A DNA stretch of 64,000 nt from Mizuhopecten yessoensis (lineage: Eukaryota), in assembly GCF_002113885.1 (NCBI RefSeq), contig NW_018407907.1:1614978-1678977 (forward strand), read 5' to 3'. Each line of letters begins with the position of its first letter. Position 1 is the first letter of the stretch. Of this stretch, positions 14,001 through 24,244 are shown piece after piece. The position numbers and the translations under genes were made by a program. The notes beneath the pieces were generated by a model. The model made no database searches and was not told the DNA's origin. It was given only the letters and a program-made list of their open reading frames with translations.

Positions 14001-16120
14001 TGAGTATAAATGTAGTTCAAGACACTGGAAACGGTTTGAAGGAGACGAGCTAGAACGGATATTTGAAAGTAATGGGTACCATGATACATTGTTTAGTCAT
14101 AATACATGAAATGGTTAAGTTTCATAACAAAATATGCAGACGTTTTTGTACCAAAACATCTTAGAATAGTTCAACTTTGACCCCATTCTATTTTTGGGGT
14201 AATATGAACACGACATTGTCGTATAACACAATGCTTATTTATGACGAGACATCGGACTTGCAATGGATGAACGTTCACCCTTACTCATGACGTCGGATTG
14301 TTTATTGTATTTGTGTACTAATCTCAGAACCCGATGAAAGTATAAATTAATATTATATATAACATGGTTGATGTTTAAGCAAGAAACTCTTTACAATGGT
14401 TCTAAAATATGACACAATGTCTACAATATGACATTTTAATGACCCTAAGAGAATAATGTATCTACCTCTTTCAGATAGACGCTTCGTATGAAGTCCTAAA
14501 AAGTAATGAATTATTTGTTATGAGTGGTATTATGGAATTTTCAAAATCCAATGAGTTCAATTAAAATATAGTATCAAACTAATAATTCACAGATTATTCA
14601 ATACCTGTCTATCACATAATTTTTTGATGACCTATCAGTGTGGCTAATACAAAAACTCTTTATTGACCTCGGTTTGTCTATCACAATACCTCAGGGTGTG
14701 AATCACATTATATAAATACTACATTCATTATAGGGTAACAGTGATATCACTGTCACACTCTAATGAATGTTGTTTTTATTTTATTATACCGAAAGTTAAT
14801 ATGATTAAGAAATATTCAAATTTGTAACAAATATAGTTATTTCTTCAACAAATTTAACAGCGAACTATTTAAGCTTTAACAATAAAGTTATTGTATGAAC
14901 ATTGTGAATTGCCATGGCCGTTAGATAACAATGTAGTTATTGAAATCGACGATTAGGTTACCAAACAGCTTCGGCCGATTGTTCATCCTGACTACCACGT
15001 GAATGGAGCGCTTGTAAATCTCACTCATCTCAGCGTTACGTCGGCGTTATAATCACTGGTAAGATATACACGTTAGCGACATGGAGTGCCTTTGGACCTA
15101 CATGGACGATGATTTGCAACGCAAAACCATTGCGGCTAAAACGAACCGTATGCTCATCTTCTTTACGCGGTCACTATTTAGCACTGTCACTCGTTGCTAG
15201 GGCGTTGGGAAGCACCCTCCGATTGACTCAATGTTAAAGCGAATATGACAGTGTGAATTGAACAATGTACATGTATCTCTACCAATCAGATTACTGGATT
15301 TTCACTAGAGGTTTAATATGACCCTTTAAAGTGACTATTTAGTCAAATGACAACCTGAAAATCGAGTGGATACTGAAAATATGTATCTCCTAACGAACGT
15401 TTAAGTGGTTAATAATGACAGGACCTGAAGCCAACGTCCAGTGTGGTCAGTTTCATCTTTTGGGAAAGCCGGTGATAAAAATAGCTACGACCGTAATAGC
15501 GCAATATCCGGGCCTTTCTCTGAGAATTAAATATGTACAATGCCACGTTGTCGAACGACAACACAGCGTCAGTTATGAGTCTTATTTCACACGTTACACA
15601 TATATCGCAAGCAAGAGTTATAAGTATAATACTATACAAATATAATCTGATATTTCCATTAACAATTGACTTTGAATACAAACAAACATGTTTAATTACA
15701 GTATGCAAGCACTGAGAGGGTACCGCAGGGCGAGTTTCAAACAACAGTAAGAACGATGTCAATAGGTTTAAACGTAAAATAGATTACTAATTTATAACGA
15801 TGATTGGTGGTTGGAAGTTGCTTTCGATTAAGAATAAAAACATTTTTGTAAGCTAGAATTCACCGACAGCGGCCGCTAAAACGTATTGTTGTGCGGTTTA
15901 GAATTTGTTCATTACTGATTCAAAACGCAACGAAAACGTTGTCTTTTATCAATTTTTCGACATGAATTGTTCATAAGGAATATCAAACTATATTATTACG
16001 AAGACTTTTCTGACGGGATTGAAAAAACGTACTTCATTAAATTGTCCCTTATAATGACTTCAGAGTGTGTATCATTCTTATGACTTGAGTGTGTCTATAA
16101 CATAATCCTTTCAGGAGCTC

Positions 16121-16122
<2 letters not shown>

Positions 16123-16177
<55 letters not shown>
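16123..16177. repeat. (CT)n microsatellite
   Basis: Directly visible. The paralogous tract is at 35422-35469. Confidence 0.98.
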
Positions 16178-16182
<5 letters not shown>

Positions 16183-16714
16183 TACATACACACACACGTA
16201 GATCTATTGTTGTTAAATGTATTAACTTCAATCTTTGTTATCACACTTACATCACCTACATACACTTATATATATCGGCATACAAGGACAGGAGATGTAA
16301 AGTCCGGCCTAATATATGTCGAGCTGTTTTACTAGTGCACAAATAAACAAGATATCATATTTGAAGATGAACGTAAAAAACGTTGGTCGGGTAGATACAA
16401 GTCTCGTGCCGACTATGTTTGTCCACCATTAGACACTTTGAAGCATCGACAGATAAGACGATTCACCTCATCAACAGTATAGGTAAGATTAATGATGTTG
16501 AAATGATGTTGAATTATGTTTGAGTAACTGTGAATGCTCTGAAAATTACAATTCCGTATTTGGCAGCAAAAATTAACCCGTATAAGATATTATATCCATG
16601 GCTTAAAGATGTTGGGACATGTAACTAATTGTCTACAATAGCCTTTAATTTAGCTTTTATTGATTTAGAAGTCTGGAACATTTTGACCATAAGGTATTTA
16701 TCCTTAAACGATTT

Positions 16715-17110
16715 GGGATACCTATCACATGTTCATATAATCATCTGGGATGTCTATCACATGTCCATTTAATGATTTGGGGTGTCTATCATATGACCAT
16801 TTAATGATTTGGGGTGTCTATCACATGACCCTTTGATGATTTGGGGTGTCTATCACATGACCCTTTGATGATTTGGGGTGTCTATCACATAACTGTTTAA
16901 TGATTTGGGGTGTCTATCACATGACCATTTAATGATTTGGGGTGTCTATCACATGACCATTTAATGATTTGGGGTGTCTATCACATGACCATTTGATGAT
17001 TTGGGGTGTCTATCACATGACTATTTGATGAATTCGTATGTCTATCACACGACTCTGTAATGATCTTGCAATTGGGTGTTTATCACATGACCCTTTAATG
17101 ACCACAAGGT
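16715..17110. repeat. 32-bp minisatellite array
   Basis: Unit 'atgaccatttaatgatttggggtgtctatcac', about 10-12 copies. A longer paralogous array is at ~36050-36720. Confidence 0.95.
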
Positions 17111-17514
17111 GTATAACATCAAAAAACCTCCATATTGATCCATTATATGCCGTTTAATAAAGCTCGTTTTATGGTCTATTAGATGAAGTCGTATACACTT
17201 ATTAAATATAATGTCATTCAAAATACATTTCAATTTAATATGTGATCCGATTTATTTATCTAAAATACCCTAGATTGCCTAAATCAAACTGTAAGCCCTG
17301 GGTATACTATAAATGTAGAAACACAACAATCATACAGTGGGCTGAAAATAAACCCAGTTTAAATTCATATATATTCTTATTGGTGTCAACTAAATTAGTT
17401 GTATCTTTAAACAGGCAATTTCAAATATTACTTGTTAAAATAGCGTGTCGCAAAAGTAAATAAAACCTAAATTGATTTTTTTAAATGTATTAAGAGAAAT
17501 GTGGGGTGAGTCAT

Positions 17515-17825
17515 CAATGACCAACACCACAGGTCCAGGTCCAAAGCTGTTGCTATCCAAACTTTTCCGGTGGTCACCTTCCACCCAAATATGTCCCTGC
17601 AGTAATCGAACCACTTTCTTCATGCTGCGGGTCCACACGCCATCTCCCTCCAACGCCACGACCCTCTTGATTAATTTGACACCGTGATCAACTGGTGAAA
17701 AAAGGGACACAATTTCGCCTCTCTCAAACTTGTAACTCCGCACTCTCCATTTATTGAGAAATGGGTTCAAACACGGCTCCATTGATATGCCTTGAACCTC
17801 TGCAACATAACCGACAGTGCTGAGG
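17515..17825 (-). pseudogene. IMMP2L: Captured internal fragment of IMMP2L, inside an open chimeric ORF 17435-17911
   Basis: Aligns to 54820-55163 in the same orientation (TVGYVAEVQGISMEPCLNPF...IKRVVALEGD...GHIWVEGDHRKSLDSNSFGP). Has an in-frame 33-nt deletion and lacks both native termini. Confidence 0.92.
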
Positions 17826-17960
17826 GTGTCTGTCACATAACCATTCAATGACCTCAGGGTGTCTGTCACATAACCATTCAATGACCTCAGGGTGTCTGTC
17901 ACATGACCCATTCAATGACCTCAGGGTGTCTGTCACATGACCCTTTAATGACTTCACTGT
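17822..17960. repeat. 33-bp minisatellite array (variant of the 32-bp unit)
   Basis: Unit 'atgaccattcaatgacctcagggtgtctgtcac'. The paralogous array is at ~37680-37895. Confidence 0.93.
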
Positions 17961-18187
17961 GATGATCACATAACCTGTTAAACATATGTTACGATAAAAA
18001 CAATTGTAAACGAAATGCAATAACCCTTTAATAGCCTCATTGTGTCTATCACATGACCTTTTGACCTCAGTGTATCACATGAAGCTTAAGTAACCTAAGG
18101 GCACATCACGTGATACTTAAATGGCCATATGGGTATATTATCTGTACATTTGATGAAATAAATTTTAATTTTGTGTTGACCTCAATA

Positions 18188-18232
18188 GAGCACAAAGTAC
18201 AACAGCTGATAAAGAGTCCTGTTAGAGTTACC
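18188..18232 (+). pseudogene. 45-bp fragment of the B-box/NHL gene family
   Basis: gagcacaaagtacaacagctgataaagagtcctgttagagttacc matches 40699-40743 at 37/45 nt with a 17-nt exact core (EHKVQQLIKSPVRVT vs EGRVQQQIKSPVRVT). Confidence 0.8.
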
Positions 18233-18684
18233 TTGCAAATACGTGGCTTCGGTATGATTTCTCTCACCACTTAGTTATTTCGTTCACTTTTCAGGACAAC
18301 GTTATATATTTATTTGCTATACTCGTAGGTCTCTATAATACCAAATACATGTGTACACGCTTGGTTCTAAAATGATACTACAGTCATGTTATGAACATTG
18401 TGTTCTTTCATACATCAAAGAATACAATTTGACATATACAACTTTATTGTTGCTTTCATGGCCATTCTTGATCCGAAAGGTCACCAACTTCAAGGCTTGG
18501 TGGACAATTAGCTAAAAGATTTTCTAAAACAATGCGTTTCTGTTGTGGTGCAAAAAAAATGTTAGTCTCACTGTGCTATTTTCAGATACCGGAGAACGCC
18601 ATTTCCTAGGCAAAACATTATGAATCGGGCCATTTATTGATATATTTGCAATATAACATTATTTTTGCCTTTTTACCGTGACAG

Positions 18685-21600
18685 ATCCCAAAGGACACCA
18701 TTATCCAGGTATGGCGGACAGACAACTACCTAAGGAGGGTGCTGTTAGAAGGATACCGAGTTATATATTCTTCCTGCTGGTACCTAGACCGAATAGATCC
18801 CGGCGTCCACTGGCGCAAGTTCTACCAGTGTGACCCTTACGGTAGGTATCTTACCCAGTAAATATTATCGTAGAAACACAAAAATATATACAGCATAAAT
18901 AATTCTGGTTTTAGAATTACGCGGTTTTTGTAGTAATATCCAATCCTCTCCTGTGTACATGTCACATGAAATGTACATGTCACATGAAGTGTACATGTCA
19001 CAGCTAGTTCCCCCTCTTCATAGCCTTATTACTGTGTCTGGATTTATCTGTCTCCAGTTTTATGAACGTTTCTTACTTTGCGGCAATTCCTTAGCTTAGT
19101 TAGTCCATAGTAAAGCATTGTTAAAGTTAAGAATATTTATCTTTTTTTCGTAAATTAAAAAGTGCATTCCTTGGGGAAAAATGAAGGTAAGGAGAGTTCA
19201 TGAAAATGGGAGCTGGCTAGATGCATCCTGTTGACCAATAAACTACTCAGTTTTTTCTAACTAACAGAAAGGTCGCAATTAACACTGAAGAAATGTTACG
19301 CCATCATCATGACGTAAATTCCAACCCTGTCATCGACAGAAACTGAAGTGTATCTGGACTAAGTTTATGTGTGCCTGATTTAATTCTGCCATCGCTCCTT
19401 CCACAAATCCTTACCATTTTAGATATAAAGAAATAAAGAAATATTATACTTTGTCCTTTTTTAAAATAGTCACGAAAATATTATTTTGACTCCTGTGTTA
19501 TGTTACCCAACTTTATCATCAGATGGTGGCCGCTACGCGAATGACAAGGCCATACTTGGAGGAGAAGTATGCATGTGGGGAGAATACATGTCAAGCGAGA
19601 TGTTGATGAANCTCCTTCCCGTGTACAATCCGGGGGGGGGGGCGGATGGGGGGCGGGGGATTCAAGGGACATTGAAGAAACCAATGATAGTGTGTAGCTG
19701 TATCCCCCGGCATGTGTATCGAAAGAGACGACTAATGTGAGCTCCGTGCATGTTTTCTTTCCTGTCTTCTACTAAAAAGACATTGGATACACCAAAATTG
19801 CTGCTGACCCCATGTTCGTTTCTTATCTTTCATGTTTCCTTTTCTTATTAGTTTTTCCGGCGGTGTCTTTATTTTTTGATACATACGTTTGTGCAAAGGT
19901 GGTGAACTATGTGTTGCTCGTTATACTTTGCCTTGTTTTGCTTTATGTATAATCCCATAAAATACTTTAAACACGGAAGTCATAATCAAATAATAGATGC
20001 ATTGGCCTTTTTATATTATCAGGCCTCGCGGTTCTGCAGCAGCAGAGCGACTTTGGAGCAGACGAGAGGATACCTTGGATTTGTTTGACGCTGCCAGACG
20101 ATTAGCAGAGCAGAGGTGTCGCATGCTGAGGTAATATATGGCTACTGTATGCTCAGATATATAACGTATGTTGAAGTTGTATGATTGGATAAAATGCTAG
20201 CGTCGAATGCTGAGGTAAATTTCAAGTGTTGTAAGTTAAGGAAACAAAAACTGGTACATGTATAACATCTCGAAGTAAAAAGTATATCTCGCATCCTCTG
20301 GTAAATTGTAAGTGTCGTTTGCTGTGTTATCTCGTATGCGCCCAGGTTATCTATTGAAATTTATAAGTTATCAATACGAAATCAATAAATAAATCAATTA
20401 ATATGCAAACAATCAATCAATTAATTAATATGCAAACAAGCAATCAATCAGTCAATCATACCCTAAGCAACCTTTATCGTATACATCGATATATAAACAA
20501 TATATTATGAGAAATTAGAATCATATCTAATTTACAAATTGTCTTTCAGAGCACTTAAACACACAAACTATGGAAATTGGGCTTTGGTCGTTTTAATTTT
20601 CAATAACCTAAATGTAAATATGATGATATATGGACAATAGTTACGTTTTTCGAAGATTTACCATTAATTCATTGACAATGCATCCCTATTATTCTCAATA
20701 TCACCACTTAAGATGCAGTGTCATTTATTTGTTGGCATACTGTATATATTATCAAATGTTAAAGGTGTACACTCTGCCAGTAGATGTTTTAGTCCCCGTT
20801 GGTTTGCCATAACCTTGATGGTCAATTATCTCTGTTGAGTAGTGGCATGGTTAAGAATATACACACTTTAGGGATGATGTTATTGGAAATCAGTACTCCT
20901 CTTCATTTTACAATTCATGCGTTAAGGGATGTTTTACAGTTATTTAGACAATCCAGATTTAATCTGTTTGGTCCCTCGCATCACCAATGAGTCCTAGAAG
21001 GACGAATCAGCTGTAAAATGCAGTGTAATTTATTTTTCGGCAAATTGTATTGTTTACCAAATTTTTAAGGTGCACTTACCTGTGTGTGTAACATGTACGT
21101 ATATCTTGTTATACATTTTAGGAGAGGCCTTGATCCCGGGTTTGCCAACGGACCTGAATTTTGTCTGAGGAAGAATGTCAGCAGACGCAAATCACATTCC
21201 CGAAACCATGTGACAGATCTGTCAGCCAATCACAACTCTGTGTTCCAATACCCAATCATCGACAAGAAACAGACAGTACCATGTGAATCAGACAAAGAGG
21301 TAAATCTCTGAAGACTATAGAAAGAAACATATTTTAAGTGCATCTGTTCCACTGCAGTGAACAAAATACAGAAGAATTCTAGCATACGTTTTCATAAATA
21401 CTGTTAATTTCCCTTAATTTACAGAACAGAAGTGGAACGATCTGTTAGCTCAGTGTTGGTAAGGGCAACACTATTTTGATCGAAAGTCGAAGGGGGGAGG
21501 GGGGGGGGGTGGAGATATAACTCAACAGGGAGGAAGACAGGGTTGTTTGTTTGTAAATGATTCCAGAAAAGATCCGAAACTATCTCCAAAACCTTAAGTA

Positions 21601-24244
21601 TAAGTTTAAATTTTTGGCAAAGGTCAAACTCACTGATCTAGTCCTTTATCTATTTAGAATTGTTCTTACATAAAAATGAAACGCAAGAGTTATTACATAT
21701 ATTAAGTCCATATGATCGGGCTATGAAGAAGCATATTTTTCAAAATTCCTGCTGAATTTATACAGGTATTTGCTGATATTTATGGGTAGTTCTAACATTA
21801 AGGCTATGCTTTTGACTGAAGCGCCATCTGTAGGCAAAATGAGGAATACTTTAATAAATGAGAATTTTTGAGAATTTTTTTATGTTTGATAAATCAATCA
21901 TACTTACCGGAAAAGCTCTGTGGGTAAAATCCTAATATGCATGTAACTGCATCTTTTACTTTTCATTGTATTTTTCTTGTGTTTCAGAACAATTTGAACA
22001 TGATTGGCCATTTATTTACCTTTACCTTTAGTACAACTGGTCATATGGTGAAGTAAAATGTAAGCTTTGTTCGATTCCATAGATAGACGAACCAAATTTT
22101 ATATCGGTGCTTTCTTACATCGTATAGCTAGTAAATGGCCGAGTCAATCAATTCACATTTAAAACAGTGACTGGATTAAGATAGCACATTGCTGTACCAT
22201 GTTTTCAAGCATAACATAGACAATTAATAGGTTTGAGTTGTTTTTGGATGCTGTGTACAGCATTCGTTGTGGTCTTCGCCAAGCCTGGGCAAATCAAAAC
22301 CAAACAACAGACTTTCTGCTTCCGCGGAAGATCTTTAAATGCTGTGTAGATTATTTTATGGTATGATTAATGCTATAAAATGAGAAAATACATATGAAAA
22401 CGATCAATAAATCAAAGAGAAAATGTTCAGTGAGCATCATGAACTATATCAATCTCAGATTACTACGCTTTTTGAACCGAATAATTTCTTCACAAAAAAA
22501 CAACAACACTTTATCTCCTTACGCGAAAGATCTTTAGATAATGTGTTCATTATTTCATGATACGATCAATGGTATAATATGGTAAAATATATCTGTATAA
22601 GACAAAAAATCAAAGAAAATATGTAAAGATCTTTAACAGTGGCGTTTTTAATCAGTGAAAGTTCCGAACTATATTTGGTTCAAATTACTACGCCTCGTAT
22701 TCCAATACTCTTAAGTGTGTGTGTTAAAGTTTTCTCCCCTTGTCCATCATTGCGTAGTTTCATGCTCGCGACCTGTTGAACGACTGTTTGATAATTGACC
22801 TTGATAATGTAGGCTTCGTGTTTTCTTTGTCTCAATGGAAAGTCTCCAAGTGAAAGAGAATGTTGACGTATACTAAAGTAGCCGTCAGCAGCTGTGCCTA
22901 ACGAGTTTATAGATAGCTTCCCAATGCGACAGCAGCTGTGCCTAATGAGTTTGTAGATAGCTTCCCAATACAGTCTCTAGATAATGGCCCGATTAGTATA
23001 ATACAAGTGCTTCGCGAATATAGCATATTGAACATCAAAAATTAAAACCGTATATACATATTATTCACATTTACCAGAAACTGAATAATTATATAGGTCT
23101 TTAACCTTCGTTACAATATCGAGAGAAGGAGAGATACACAAGCGGCTTGCATTAGTCCGTGATTACACGCACTGGGAAAAGATCATTGTCTGTGCTCTGT
23201 AGCAGCTTCATTACACTAATTAAGGACCAGAATATCAGACAACTTTCAATTTCAGGGCTGTTGGGTCAAGGTCATCGTTTCTTATTTTTATACTGCTAAT
23301 GGTAGCCAGTAAGGGATCTATATTGTTTTAGCAATACTCTGCTTGTTTTTTATATTTTTATTGAAAATTATAATTAAGGGATGGGCTATTTTGACCCTTA
23401 CTTAACAACATGTTCTTTATTATTTACTGCCATTCTGTACTGATATACCATCTCCTTTATTCCATTATTTGAATCCTTCATACACAGCATCCCTGAGTGC
23501 CCTCGGCACTTTGATTAGATAAGTTGCGAATGCAAATTAAAGAAATACTTGAATAATGTTAAGGTGGTTGTAATCGTGGGATGAGACATAACGTCTCTAG
23601 TGCCGGGTTTAATATTGCTATACACAGATAATAGTTATAGACAGTTTGTGACAAAAGCAGGGTAGCCACTGCAGTAGATTGTTATCGACTGTAAACACGC
23701 GTCTTTATGGTTACTCGAATGCAGCCCTCACGTGATTATTTTTATCCTTTTCCTCTTTAAAATGTACTGCTATCCGATAAATGAATTGGAAGACAAAAAC
23801 CTACACCGACAGGCGGAGACTAAGCCTAAACGGAAGCTCGAGAACTCACACATGTTATACACAAAAGCTAACTCAGAAATTATCATCCCCTACCAAACCG
23901 TCAGAGGCGAACAAAGGGAAGTCATTTGCCACATCCTGCCACATTTAACACTGTCAACCATTGTCCCTGTTAGTCCCACAAACTAACATGATTTTATAAT
24001 TATTATTACAGATTATGTATTGATTTTCATAGTATCAATCAGTAAAGGAAATCACTTCATAATGTCCGTCAATTCTGCAAGGTAGAGTACAAATCCTTTG
24101 GTGGAAAATCCTTGCTTCGCTAACAAAACTTTGTTATTTATTCTACTTTAGGTTTTGTTCCTGTGCTTCATGACTCCAGTGTCCGTCTTCGTTGAGATAT
24201 TCCTAATATGTTTGCACAGAAAGAGACGAATGTTACGGTGCTGA
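18685..24244 (+). pseudogene. Beta-hexosaminidase (GH20, HEXA/HEXB-like), 3' exons only; 5' exons not found in window
   Basis: Exons 18685-18841 (PKDTIIQVW...GYRVIYSSCWYLD...WRKFYQCDP), 19523-19610 (ILGGEVCMWGEY, cut by the N at 19611), 20023-20130 (PRGSAAAERLWS...RLAEQRCRML), 21122-21299 (RRGLDPGFANGPEFC...), and a probable last exon 24152-24244. Family call is strong. Pseudogene status is inferred only from the missing upstream exons. Confidence 0.8.
19611..19611. other. Ambiguous base / probable assembly gap
   Basis: A single n. The hexosaminidase exon stops abruptly here without its donor, and unrelated SINE-like sequence follows. Confidence 0.8.

Larger units (their letters stand above)
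13110..18187. repeat. Duplicated ~5 kb block, copy 1 (direct repeat of 32540-38045)
   Basis: Long near-identical runs, e.g. 13790-14600 vs 32985-33805 and 14630-16120 vs 33980-35420. Both copies have the same (CT)n and the same minisatellite arrays. Homology begins at 'ggaaaatactgct' and ends at 'tgtgttgacctcaa'. Confidence 0.95.

Noticed and set aside
14716-14775. ~50-bp imperfect palindrome (also ~34068-34127) as a structured RNA
   Set aside because: More simply the terminal hairpin of a non-autonomous DNA element nested in the duplicated block. No other support.
15409-15762. 117-aa ORF preserved in both duplicated blocks (also 34770-35123)
   Set aside because: No ATG start or recognisable domain. 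Preservation is expected at this level of DNA identity.
16715-17110. Regular 32-bp repeats resembling a CRISPR array (also 36050-36720, 37680-37895)
   Set aside because: Units are head-to-tail with no unique spacers, there are no cas genes, and the context is eukaryotic. It is a minisatellite.
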